The notes under the pieces were generated by a model. The model had not been told where the DNA came from, ran no database searches, and worked only from the letters and a program-made list of their open reading frames with translations. From the human T2T-CHM13v2.0 reference genome, Homo sapiens, in NCBI RefSeq assembly GCF_009914755.1, contig NC_060945.1: DNA of 64,000 bases, one strand, 5' to 3'. The translations under genes were made by a program, and so were the position numbers. Numbering within the stretch: the first letter of the stretch is position 1; every line of letters starts with the position of its first letter. This document shows, piece after piece, positions 28,559 to 40,800 of this stretch.

Positions 28559-31500
28559 TCAATTCCCACCTATGAGTGAGAACATGCAGTGTTGGGTTTT
28601 TTGTCCTTGCGATAGTTTACTGAGAATGGTGATTGCCAATTTCATCCATGTCCCTACAAAGGACACGAACTCATCATTTTATGGCTCCATAGTATTCCAT
28701 GGTGTATATGTGCCACATTTTCTTAATCCACTCTGTTATTGTTGGACATTTGGGTTGGTTCCAAGTCTTTCTTATTGTGAATAGTGCTGCAATAAACTTA
28801 TGTGTGCATGTGTCTTTATAGCAGCATGATTTATAGTCCTTGGGTATATACCCAGTAATGAGATGGCTGGGTCAAATTGTATTTCTAGTTCTACATCCCT
28901 GAGGAATGACCACACTGACTTCCACAATGGTTGAACTAGTTTACAGCCCCACAAAAAGTGTAAAAGTTTTCCTATTTCTCCACATCCTCTCCAACACCTG
29001 TTGTTTCCTGAATTTTAATGATTGCCATTCTAACTGGTGTGAGATGGTATCTCATTGTGGTTTTGATTTGCATTTCTCTGATGGCCAGTTAAGGATGAGC
29101 ATTTTTTCATGAGTTTTTTGGTTGCATAAATGTCTTCTTTTGAGAAGTGTCTGTTCATGTCCTTCGCTCACTTTTTGATGGGGTTGTTTGTTTTTTCTTG
29201 TAAATTTGTTTGAGTTCATTGCAAATTCTGGATATTAGCCCTTTGTCAGATAAGTAGGTTGTGAAAACTTTCTCCCATTTTGTACATTGCCTGTTCACTC
29301 TGATGGTAGTTTCTTTTGCTGTGCAGAAGCTCTTTAGTTTAATTAGATCCCATTTGTCAATTTTGGCTTTTGTTGCCATTGCTTTTGGTGTTTTAGACAT
29401 GAAGTCCTTGCCCATGCCTATGTCCTGAATGGTAATGCCTGTGTTTTCTTCTAGGATTTTTATGGTTTTAGGTCTAACGTTTAAGTTTTTAATCCATCTT
29501 GAATTAATTTTTGTATAAGGTGTAAGGAAGGGATCCAGTTTCAGCTTTCTACATATGGCTAGCCATTTTTCCCAGCTCCATTTATTAAACAGGGAATCCT
29601 TTTCCATTGCTGGTTTTGTTCAGGTTTATCAAACATCAGATAGTTTTAGATATGCAGCGTTATTTCTGAGGGCTCTGTTCTGTTCCATTGATCTATTTCT
29701 CTGTTTTGGTACCAGTACCATGCTGTCTTGGTTACTGTAGCCTTGTAGTATAGTTCGAAGTCAGGGAGCGTGATGCCTCCAGCTTTGTGCTTGTGGCTTA
29801 GGATTGACTTGGTGATGAGGGATCTTTTTTGATTCCATATGAACTTTAAAGTAGTTTTTTCCAATTCTGGGAAGAAAGTCATTGGTAACTTGATGGGGAT
29901 GACATTGAATCTATAAATTACTTTGGGCTGTATGGCCATTTTCACGATATTGATTCTTCCTACCAATGAGCATGGAATGTTCTTCCATTTCTTTGTATCC
30001 TCTTTTATTTCATTGAGGAGTGGTTTGTAGTTCTCCTTGAAGAGGTCATTCACGTCCCTTGTAAGTTGGATTCCTAGGTATTTTATTCTCTTTGAAGCAA
30101 TTGTGAATGGGAGTTCACTCATGGTTTGGCTCTCTGTTTGTCTGTTATTGGTGTATAAGAATGCTTGTGATTTTAGTACATTGATTTTGTATCCTGAGAC
30201 TTTGCTGAAGTTGCTTATCAGCTTAAGGAGATTTTGGGCTGAGACAATGGGGTTTTCTAGATATACAATCATGTCTTCTGCAAACAAGCACAATTTGACT
30301 TCCTCTTTTCCTAATTGAATACCCTTTATTTCCTTCTCGTGCCTAATGGCCCTGGCCAGAAATTCCAACATTATGTTGAATAGGAGTGGTGAGAGAGGGC
30401 ATCCCTGTCTTGTGCCAGTTTCCAAAGGGAATGCTTCCAGTTTTTGCCCATTCAGTATGATATTGGCTGTGGGTCTGTCATAGCTAGCTCTTATTATTTT
30501 GAGATACGTCCCATCAATACCTAATTTATTCAGAGTTTTAAGCATGAAGTGTTGTTGAATTTTGTCAAAGGCCTTTTTTGCATCTATTGAGATAATCAGG
30601 TGGTTTTTGTCTTCGGTTCTGTTTATATGCTGGATTACATTTATTGATTTGCATATATTGAACCAGCCTTGCATCCCAGGGATGAAGCCCACTTGATCAT
30701 GGTGGATAAGCTTTTTGGTATGCTGCTGGATTCTGTTTGCCAGTATTTTATTGAGGATTTTTGCATCAATATTCATCAAGGATATGGGTCTAAAGTTTTG
30801 TTTTTTGGTTGGGCCTCTACCCGGCTTTGGTATCTGGATGATGCTGGCCTCATAAAATGAGTTAGGAAGGATTCCCTCTTCTTCTGTTGATTGGAATAGT
30901 TTCAGAAGGAATGGTACCAGTTCCTCCTTGTGCCTCTGGTAGAATTTGACTGTGAATCCATCTGGTCCTGGACTGTTTTTCGTTGTTAAGCTATTGATTA
31001 TTGCCACAATTTCAGAGCCTCTCATTGGTCTATTCAGAGAGTCAACTTCTTCCTGGTTTAGTCTTGGGAGGGTGTATGTGTCAAGGAATTTATTCATTTC
31101 TTCTTGATTTTGTAGTTTATTTGTGTAGAGGTGTAAGTAGTAGTCTCTAATGGTAGTTCATATTTCTGTGGGATTGATGTTTATACCTGCTTTATGATTT
31201 TTTATTGCATCTATTTGATTGTTCTCTCTTTTCTTCTTTATTAGTCTTGGTAGCAGTCTATCACTTTTGTTGATCTTTTCAAAAAAACAGCTCCTGGATT
31301 CATTAATTTTTCAAGGGTTTTTTGTGTCTCTATTTCTTTCAGTTCTACTCTGATTTTACTTATTTCTTGCCTTCTGCTAGCTTTTGAATATGTTTGCTCT
31401 TGCTTTTCTAGTTCTTTTAATTGTGATGTTAGGGTGTCAATTTTCGATCTTTCCTGCTTTCTCTTGTGGGCATTTAGTGCTATAAATTTCCCTCTACACA

Positions 31501-32373
31501 CTGCTTTGAATGTGTCCCAGAGATTCTGGTATGTTGTGTCTTTGTTCTCGTTGGTTTCAAAGATCATCTTTATTTCTGCCTTCATTTCGTTATGTACCCA
31601 GTAGTCATTCAGGAGCAGGTTGTTCAGTTTCCATGTAGTTGAGTGGTTTTGAGTGAGTTTCTTAATCCTGAGTTCTAGTTTGATTGCACTGTGGTCTGAG
31701 AGACAGTTTGTTATAATTTCTGTTCTTTTACATTTGCTGAGGAGGGCTTTACTTCCAACTATGTGGTCAATTTTGGAATAGGTGCAGTGTGGTGCTGAAA
31801 AAAATGTATATTCTGTCAACTTGGGGTGGAGAGTTCTGTAGATGTCTATTAGATCCTCTGGTGCAGAGCTGAGTTCAATTCCTGGGTATACTTGTTAACT
31901 GTCGCTTTGGTCTGTCTAATATAGACAGTGGGATGTTAAAGTCTCCTATTATTAATGTGTGGGAGTCTAAGTCTCTTTGTAGGTCACTCAGGACTTGCTT
32001 TATGAATCTGGATGCTCCTGTATTGGGTGCCTATATATTTAGGATAGTTAGCTCTTCTTGTTGAATTGATCCCTTTACCATTATGTAATGGCCTTCTTTG
32101 TCTCTTTTGATCTTTGTTGGTTTAAAGTCTGTTTTATCAGAGACTAGGATTGCAACCCCTGCCTTTTTTTATTTTCCATTTACTTGGTAGATCTTACTCC
32201 ATCGTTTTATTTTGAGCCTATGTGTGTCTCTGCACGTGAGATAGGTTTCCTGAATACAGCACACTGATGGGTCTTGACTCTTTATCCAAATTGCCAGTCT
32301 ATGTCTTTAATTGGAGCATTTAGTCCATTTACATTTAGAGTTAATATTGTTATGTGTGATTTTGATCCGTCTT
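28559..32373 (-). pseudogene. L1 ORF2p (endonuclease / reverse transcriptase) pseudogene
   Basis: Fragments 31241-31819 (EN C-terminal part, SDHSAIKLE), 29646-31097 (RT, QGCPLSP), 29155-29607 and 28772-28954. The start ATG is mutated (CAT->CTT at ~32371-32373), the RT motif reads FAED instead of FADD, and there are multiple frameshifts. Native stop (TCAATTCCCACC) at 28559. Confidence 0.95.
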
Positions 32374-32436
32374 TATGATGTTAGCTGGTTATTTTGCTCT
32401 TTAGTTGATGTAGTTTCTTACTAGCCACAATGGTCT

Positions 32437-33453
32437 TTACAATTTGGCATGATTTTGCAGTGGCTGGTACTGGTTGTTTCTTTCCATGTTTAGTGCTTCC
32501 TTCAGGAGCTCTTTTAGGGCAGGCCTGGTGGTGACAAAATCTCTCAGCATTTGCTCGTCTGTAAAGTATTTTATTTCTCCTTCACTTCTGAAGCTTAGTT
32601 TGGCTGGATATCAAATTCTGGGTTGAAAATTCTTTTCTTTAAGAATGTTGAATATTGGTCCCCACTCTCTTCTGGCTTGTAGAGTTTCTGCCAAGAGATC
32701 AGCTGTTAGTCTGATGGGCTTCCCTTTGAGGGTAACCTGACCTTTCTCTCTGGCTGACCTTAACATTTTTTCCTTCATTTCAACTTTGGTGAATCTGACA
32801 ATTATGTTTCTTGGAGTTCCTCTTCTCGAGGAGTATCTTTGTGGCATTCTGTGTATTTTCTGAATCTGAATGTTGGCCTGCCTTGCTAGATTGGGGAAGT
32901 TCTCCTGGATAATATCCTGCAGAGTGTTTTCCAACTTAGTTCCAATCTCCACATCACTTTCAGGTACACCAATCAGACATAGATATGGTCTTTTCACATA
33001 GTCCCATATTTCTTGGTGGTTTTGTTAATTTCTTTTTATTCTTTTTTCTCTAAACTTCCCTTCTCACTTCATTTTATTCATTTCATCTTCCATCACTGAT
33101 ACCCTTTCTTCCAGTTGATTGCATTGTCTCCTGAGGCTTCTGCATTCTTCGCGTTGTTCTGGAGCCTTGGCTTTCAGCTCCATCAGCTCCTTTAAGCCCT
33201 TCTCTGTATAGGTTATTCTAGTTATACATTCGTCAAATTTTTTTTCAAAGTTTTTAACTTCTTTGCCTTTGGTTTGAATTTCCTCCTGTAGCTCGGAGTG
33301 GTTTGATCGTCTGAAGCCTTTTTCTCTCAACCTGTCAAAGTCATTCTCTGTCCAGCTTTGTTCCATTGCTGGTGAGGAACTGCATTCCTTTGGAGGAGGA
33401 GAGGCACTTTGTTTTTTAGAGTTTCCAGTTTTTCTACTCTGTTTTTTCCTCAT
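32437..33453 (-). pseudogene. L1 ORF1p (RNA-binding chaperone) pseudogene
   Basis: Starts MRKKQSRKTGNSKKQSASPPPKE at 33453 and contains ARREWGPIFNILKEKNFQPRI. The 1017-bp span fits 338 codons plus stop. Premature TGA stops at 33064 and 32611. Confidence 0.95.
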
Positions 33454-33580
33454 CTTTGTGGTTTTATCTACTTTTGGTCTTTGATGATGGTGATGTACAG
33501 TTGGGTTTTTGCTGTGGATGTCCTTTCTGTTTGTTAGTTTTCCTTCTAACAGGTAGACCCTCAGCTGCAGGTCTGTTGGA

Positions 33581-33709
33581 GTTTGCTAGAGTTCCACTCC
33601 AGATCCTGTTTGCCTGGGTATCAGCAGCGGTGACTGCAGAACAGTGGATTTTCATGAACCACGAATGCTGCTGTCTGATCTTTGCTCTGGAAATTTTGTC
33701 TCAGAGGAC
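33581..33709 (-). promoter_or_regulatory. ~129-bp L1 5'UTR segment containing the ZNF93 KRAB-zinc-finger target (deleted in younger L1s)
   Basis: GTTTGCTAGAG...GGGTATCAGCAGCGGTGACTGCAGAACAG...CTCAGAGGA lies between GTCTGTTGGA and TATCCGGCTGTGTGAGG, which are adjacent in L1HS/L1PA2. Confidence 0.8.
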
Positions 33710-34035
33710 TATCCGGCTGTGTGAGGTGTCAGTCTGCCCCTACTGGGTTGTGCCTCTCAGTTAGGCTGTTCATAGTTCAGGGGTCAGGGACCCACTTGAG
33801 GAGGCAGTCTGCCCGTTCTCAGATCTCCAGCTGTGTTCTGGGAGAACCACTGTTCTCTTCAAAGCTGTCAGACAGGGACATTTAAGTCCGCAGAGGTTAC
33901 TGCTGCCTTTTTGTTTGTCTGTGCCCTGCTCTCAGATGTGGAGCCTACAGAGTCATGCAGGCCTCCTAGAGCTGTGGTGGTCTACACCCAGTTCGAGCTT
34001 TCCAGCAGCTTTGTTTACCTAAGAAAGCCTGGGCA

Positions 34036-34110
34036 ATGGAGGTTGCCCCACCACCAGCCTTACTGCCACCTTGTACTTTGATCACAGACTGCTGTGCTAG
34101 CAATCAGTGA
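34036..34110 (+). pseudogene. Truncated L1 ORF0 (antisense ORF)
   Basis: ATG at 34036 reads MEVAPPPALLPPCTLITDCCASNQ*, matching the recalled ORF0 N-terminus MAGAPPPASLPPCSLISDCCASNQR. CGA->TGA stop at 34108. Confidence 0.8.
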
Positions 34111-34467
34111 GACACTGTGGAGGTAAGACCCTCCGAGCCAGGTGTGGGATATAATATCCTGGTGTGCCATTTTTTAAGCCTGTTTAAAAAGTGCAGTATT
34201 AGTGTGGGAGTGACCTGATTTTCCAGGTGCCATCTGTCGCCCCTTTATTTGATTAGGAAAGGGAACTCCCTGACCACTTCCACTTCCCATGTGAGGAAAC
34301 GCCTCGCTCTGCTTCAGCCCATGCATGGCACCCTGCACCCAGTATCCTGTGCCCACAGTCTGGCACTCCCTAGTGAGATGAACCTGGTATCTCAGATGGA
34401 AATGAAGAAATCACCCATCTTCTGTGTTGCTCATGATAGGAACTGTAGAACAGAGCTGTTCCCATTT

Positions 34468-34477
34468 GGCCATCTTG
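34468..34477 (-). promoter_or_regulatory. YY1 site at the L1 5' end
   Basis: The minus strand reads CAAGATGGCC at the canonical position near the L1 start. Confidence 0.75.
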
Positions 34478-34499
34478 ACTGCTGCCTCATTTGCCAGTT

Positions 34500-34517
34500 T
34501 GCTTCTGTGTAGTTATT
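34500..34517. repeat. Putative degenerate target-site duplication (partner at 28312-28329)
   Basis: TGCTTCTGTGTAGTTATT vs TACTGCTGTGTATTTTTT (14/18 match). The same monomer segment is present on both sides of the L1. Confidence 0.55.
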
Positions 34518-34839
34518 ATGTGAGAATATTTCCTTTACTACCATAGGCTGCAAAGGGCTCAAAATATCCACTTGCAGATTCTACAAAAAGAGAGTTTCAA
34601 AACTGCTCAATCAAAAGATAGGTTCAACTCGGTGAGTTGTATGCACACATTCCAAAGAAGTTTCTCTAAATGCTTCTGCATAGTTTTTTTGTGAAGATAT
34701 ATCCATTTCCAACATAGTCCACAAAGTGCTCCAAATATCCACTTGCAGATTCTACAAAATGAGTGTTTCAAAACTGCTCAATCAAAAGAATGGTTCATCA
34801 TTGTGAGATGAAATCACACATCACAAAGAAGTTTCTCAG

Positions 34840-37800
34840 AATGCTTCTGTGTAGTTCTCATGTGAATATATTTCCTTTTCCACCATAGGCCTCAATATGA
34901 TCCAAACATCCAATTTTAGATACCACAAAAAGAGTGTTTCCAAACTGCTCAATCAAAAGAAAGGTTCAATTCTGTGAGATGAAGGCACACATGACCAAGA
35001 CGTTCCTCAGAATTCTTTTTTGTAGTTTTTATGTGAAGGTATTTCCTTTCCCACTATAGGCTGCAAAGGGCTCCAAATATCCTCCTGCGGATTCTACAAA
35101 AAGAGAGTTTCAAAACTGCTCAATCAAAAGATAGTTTCAACTCTGTGAGTTTAATGCACACTTAACAAAGTTGTTTCTCAGAATGCTTCTGTGTAGTTTT
35201 TATGTGAAGATATTCCCGTTTCCACCATAGGCCTTGAAGCACTCCAAATATCCACTTGCAGATTCTACAAAAATAAAGTTTCGAAACTGCTGAATGAAAA
35301 TAAAGGTTTAACACTGTGAGATGAATGCAAATATTGTACAGAAGTTTTTCAGAATGATTCTGTGCAGTTTTTATGTGAAGGTATTTCCTTTTCCACAATA
35401 GGAATCTAAGAGCTCCAAATATCAACTTGCAGATTCTACATAGAGAGTTTTTCAAAACTGCTCAATCAAAAGAAAAGTTCAATTCTGTGAGATGAATGCA
35501 CACATCCCAAAGAGGTTACTTGGAATGCTTCTGTGTACATTTCATGTGAAGATATTTTCTTTTCAACAATAGGCCTCAAAGCGCTCCAATTATCCACTTG
35601 CAGATTCTACAAAAAGAATGTTTCAAAACTACTAACTGAAAAGAAAGATTCATCTCTGTGAGATGAATGCACACATCACCATGAAGTTTCTCAGAATGAT
35701 TCTGTGCAGTTTTTAGTTGAAGATATTCCCATTTCCACCATAGGCCACAAATGGCCCCAAATATCCACTTGTAGATTCTACAAAAAGATAGTTTCAAAAC
35801 TGTTCAATGAAAAAATAGGTTCAACACCGTGAGTTGAATGCACACATCACAGAGAAGTTTCTCAGAAAGTTTCTGTGTAGTTTTTATGTGAAGATGTTTC
35901 CTTTTACACAATAGACCTCAAAGTGCTCCAAATATTCACTTGCAGATACTTCAAAAAGATTGTTTCAAAACTGCTCAATCAAGAGAAATGTTCATCTCTG
36001 TGAGATGAATGCACACATCACAAAGAAGTTTCTCAGAATACTTCTGTCTGTTTTTTATGTGAAGGCATTTCCTTTTCCACAACAGGCCACAAAAGGCTGT
36101 AAATGTCCACTTGCAGATACTACAAAAAGAGAGTTTCAAAATGGCTTAATCAAAAGATAGGTTCATCTCTGTGAATTGAATGCACACATCACAAAGGAGT
36201 TTCTCAGAATACTTCTGTCTAGTTTTCATGTGAAGGCATTTCCTTTTCCCCCATAGGCATCAAATGGTTCCAAACATACACCTGCAGATACTACAAAAAG
36301 AGAGCTTCAAAACTGCTCATCAAAAGATTAATTCACATCTGTGAGTTGAATGCAAACAACACAAAGAATTTTCTCAGAATGCTTCTGTGTGGTCTTAAGT
36401 TATTTCCTTTTCCACAATAGGCCTCAAAGCGTTCCAAATATGAACTTGCAGATTATCCAACAACAGTGTTTCAATACTGCTCAATCAAAAAAAAAAAGGT
36501 ACAACTCTGTGAGATGAAGGCACACATCACAAAGAAGTTTCTCAGAATGATTCTGTGTAGATTTTATGTGAAGATATTTCGTTTTCCAAAATAGGCCTCA
36601 AAGCCCTCCAAATATCCACATGCAGATTCTACAAAGTGAGTGTTTCAAAACTACTCAATCAAAAGAAAGGTTCAACTCTGTGAGTTGAATACACACATCA
36701 CAAAGAAGTTTCTCAGAATGCTTCCATGTACTTTTTACATAAAGATATTTCCTATTCCACCATAGGCATCAAAGCGCTCCAAATACCCTCTTGCAGAACC
36801 TACAAAAAGAGTGTCACAAAACTGCTCAATCAAAAGAACGTTCAACTCTTTGAGATGAAAGTAGATATCACAAAAATGTTTCTCAGAATGCTTCTGTGTA
36901 GTTTTTATGTGAAATATTTGCTTTTCCAGAGTAGGCCTCAAAGCGCTTCTAATATCCACTTGCAGATTCTGCAAAAACTGTGTTTCATAACTGTGCAACC
37001 AAAAGAAAGTTTCAACTCTGTGAGATGAAAGCACACAATGCAAAGACTCTTCTCAGAATGCTTCTGTGTAGTTTTTATGTGAAGATATTGCCTTTTGGAC
37101 AATAAGCTTCAAAGCGCTCCAAGTAACCTCTTGCAGATTCTACAAAAAGAGTGTTTCAAAACTGCTCAATCAAAAGAGAGGTTCAACTCTGTGAGATGAA
37201 TGCACACATCACAAAGAAGTTTCTCAGACTGCTCCTGTGTAGTTTTTTTTTGAAGATATTTCCGTTTCCACCATAGGCCACAAAGGACTCCAAACATCCA
37301 GTTGCATATTCTACTAAAAGAGATTCAAAACCGCTCAATCTAAAAATAAGTTGAACTCCGTGAGTTGAATGTACACATCTCAAAGAATTTTCTCAGAATG
37401 CTACTGTGTAGTTTTTATGTGAAGATATTTCCTTTTTCAAAACAGGCCTCAAAGACCCCAAATATCCACTTGCAGATTCTACAAAAAGTGTGTTTCAAAA
37501 CTGCTTGATCAGAAGACATCTACAATCTGTGTGATGAATGTACTCATCTCAAAGTAGTCTCTCAGAATGCTTCTGTGAAATTTTTATGTGAAGATATTTC
37601 CTTTTCCACAATAGGCCTCAAAGCGCTCCAAATATCCACTTTCAGATTCTACAAAAAGAAAGATTCAAAACTGCTCAAACAAACCCTAGGTTAAACTCTG
37701 TGTGTTGAATTCACAATTCACGAAGAAATTTATCAGAATGCTACTGTGTAGTTTTTATTTGAAGATTTTTTTTTGCACAATCTGCATCAAAGTTCTCCAA

Positions 37801-40800
37801 ATATCAAAAGGCAGATTCTACAAAAAGAGTGTTTCAAAACTGCTCAATCAAAAGAAAGGATTAACTCTGTGAGATGGATGCACACATCACAAAGAAGTTT
37901 CTCAGAAAGCTTCTGTGTGGTCTTTAAGTGAAGATATTTTCTTTTAAAGAGTAGGCCTCATGCGCTCCAAATATCCACTTGCAGATTCTACAAAAAGAGT
38001 GTTTCAAAACTGCTCAATCATAAAATAGGTTCAAACATGTGAGCTGAACGCACACATCACACAGAAGTTTCTCAGAATGCTTCTGTGTAGTTTTTATGTG
38101 AAGATATTTCCTTTACCACCACAAGCCTCAAAGCACTCCAAATATCCACATGCAGATTCTACAAAAAGAGTGTTTCAAAACTGCTCAATCAAAAGAAAGA
38201 TTCATCTCTGTAAGGTGAATGCACATATCACAATGTAGCTTCTGAGAAGGCTTCAGTGTACCTTTTATGTGAAGATATTTCCTTTTCCACAATGGCCTCA
38301 AACTGCTCCAAATATCCACTTGCACATTCTACAAAAAGAGTATTTCACAACTGCTCAATCATAAGATAGGTTCAACTCTGTGAGATGAATGCACACATCA
38401 CAAAGAAGTTTCTCAGAATGCTTCTGTGTAGGTTTTATTTGAAGACATTTCCTTTCCCACCACAGACCGCAAATTGCTCCAAATATCCACTTGCAGATTC
38501 TATAAAAAAAGAGATTCAAAACTGATCAATCATAAGATAGGTTCAACTCTGTGAGATGTATGCACATTTCACAAAGAAGTTTCTCTGAATTCTTCCGTAT
38601 AGTTTTTATGTGAAGATATTTCCTTTTCCACAATAGGCCTCAAAACGCCCCAAATATCCACTTTCAGATTCTACAACTAGAGTGTTTCAAATCTACTAAA
38701 TCATAAGACAGTTTCAAATCTGTGAGATGAATTCACAAATCACAAATATGTTTATCAGAATACTTCTGTGTAGTTTTCACATTAAGATATTTCATTTTCC
38801 ACAATAGGCCTCAAAGCACTCCAAATATCCACTTGCAGATTCTACAAAAAGATTGTTTCAATACTGCACAATCATAAGACAGGTTCAACTGTGTGAGATG
38901 AATGCAGACATCACAAAGAAGTTTCTCAGAATGCTTCTGTGAAGTTTTTATGTGAAGATATTTGCTTTTCCACAGTAGGCCTCAAAGCACTCCAAATATG
39001 CACTTGAAGATTCTACAAAAACAGTGTTCCAAAACTTTTGAATCATAAGATAGGTTCAACTCTGTGAGTTGAATGCACACATTGCAAAGAAATTCCTCAG
39101 AATGCTTCTGGGTAGTTTTTATTTGAAGATATTTCCTTTTCCTCCATAGGCCACAAAGGGCTCCAAATGTCCACTTGCAGATCCTACAAAAAGTGGGAAT
39201 GAAAACTGCTCAATGAAAAGATATGTTCAACTCTGTGAGTTTAATGCACATATCACCAAGTAGTTTCTCAGAATGCTTCTGTGTAATTTTTATGTGAAGA
39301 TATTACCTTTTTCACAATAGGCAACATGGGCTCCAAATACACACTTGCACTTTCTACAAAAAGAGTGTTTCAAAACTGTTCAATCATAAGATAGGTTCAA
39401 CATTGTGAGATGAAAGCACACATCACAAAGAAGTTTCTCAGAATGCTTCTGTGTAGTTCTCATGTGAAGATATTTCCTTTTCCACCATAGGCCACAAAGT
39501 GATACAAACATCCACTTGTAGATACTACAAAAAGAGTGCTTCCAAACTGCTCAATCAAAAGAAAGGATCAACTCTGTGAGATGAAGGCACACATGACCAA
39601 GACGTTCCTCAGAAATCTTTTTTGTAGTTTTTATGTGAAGGTATTTCCTATTCCACCATAGGCCGAAAAGGGCTCCAAATATCCTCTTGCAGATTCTACA
39701 AAAAGAGAGATTCAAAACTGCTCAATCAAAAGATACTTTCTACTCTGTGAGTTTAATGCACACTTAACAAAGTTGTTTCTCAGAATGCTTCTGTGTAGTT
39801 TTTATGTGAAGATATTCCCATTTCCACTATAGGCCTCGAAGCGCTCCAAATATCCACTTGCAGATTCCACAAAAATAAAGTTTCAAAACTGCTGAGTGAA
39901 AAGAAAGGTTCAACACTGTGAGATGAATGCACATATCGCAAAGAAGTTTCTCCGAATGATTCTGTGCAGTTTTTATGTGAAGATATTTCCTTTTCCACAA
40001 TAGGAATCTAAGCACTCCAAATATCAACTTGCAGATTGTACAGAAAGAGTGTTTCAAAACTGCTCAATGAAAAGAAAGGTTCAACTCTGTGAGATGAATG
40101 CACACATCACCATGAATTTTCTCAGAATGATTCTGTGCAGTTTTTATGTGAAGATATTTCCTTTTCCACAATAGGAATCTAAGCACTCCAAATATCAACT
40201 TGCAGATTGTACAGAAAGAGTGTTTCAAAACTGCTCAATGAAAAGAAAGGTTCAACTCTGTGAGATGAATGCACACATCACCATGAATTTTCTCAGAATG
40301 CTTCTGTGTAGTTTTTAGTTGAAGATATTCCCATTTCCACCATACGCTGCTAATGCCTCCAAATATCCACTTGCAGATTCTACAGAAAGAGAGTTTCAAA
40401 ACTGTTCAATTAAAAGACAGATTCACCTCCGTGAGTTGAATGCACACATCACAGAGAAGTTTCTCAGAAAGCTTCTGTGTAGTTTTTATGTGAAGATATT
40501 TCCTTTTACACAACAGGCCTCAAAGTGCTCCAAATATTCACTTGCAGATACTTCAAAAAGATTGTTTCAAAACTGCTCAATCAAGAGAAATGTTCATCTC
40601 TGTGAGATGAATGCACACATCACAAAGAAGTTTCTCAGAAAACTTCTTTGTGTTTTTTATGTGAAGGCATTTCCTTTTCCACAATAGGCCACAAAAGACT
40701 CCAAATATCCACTTGCAGATACTATAAAAAGAGAGTTTCAAAGTGGCTCAATCAAAAGATAGGTTCAACTCTGTGAGTTGAATCACATATCACAAAGGAG

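Larger units (their letters stand above)
28330..34488 (-). mobile_element. Full-length (~6.16 kb) inactivated LINE-1, L1PA3/L1PA4-like
   Basis: PolyA remnant and 3'UTR (CTTTAAGTTTTAGGGTACATG) on the left, then ORF2 and ORF1 fragments, then a complete 5'UTR ending GGCCATCTTGACTGCTGCCTC. 3'UTR variants CCCATTAAC, CATTTAGC, GAGAACATG and TGTCCTTGCG match my recalled L1PA3 consensus. Confidence 0.97.
33454..34488 (-). promoter_or_regulatory. L1 5'UTR internal Pol II promoter (sense and antisense), CpG-decayed
   Basis: About 1035 bp upstream of ORF1 that match the L1PA 5'UTR. Most CpGs appear as TpG/CpA. Confidence 0.9.

Noticed and set aside
29646-31097. 483-aa reverse transcriptase ORF as a functional or domesticated gene
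   Set aside because: It is an internal fragment of a frameshifted L1 ORF2, with the catalytic FADD changed to FAED and the ORF2 start codon lost.
28476-34512. Plus-strand ORFs within the L1 (e.g. 28476, 30037, 33456, 34249), and 61841/62327 in the second L1
   Set aside because: These are generic antisense frames of L1 sequence. Only the ORF0 remnant matches a known product.
35214-35230. Possible CENP-B box (TCCCGTTTCCACCATAG)
   Set aside because: It has CCCG and the central T but lacks the essential CGAA (reads CATA). It is a mutated pJalpha box.
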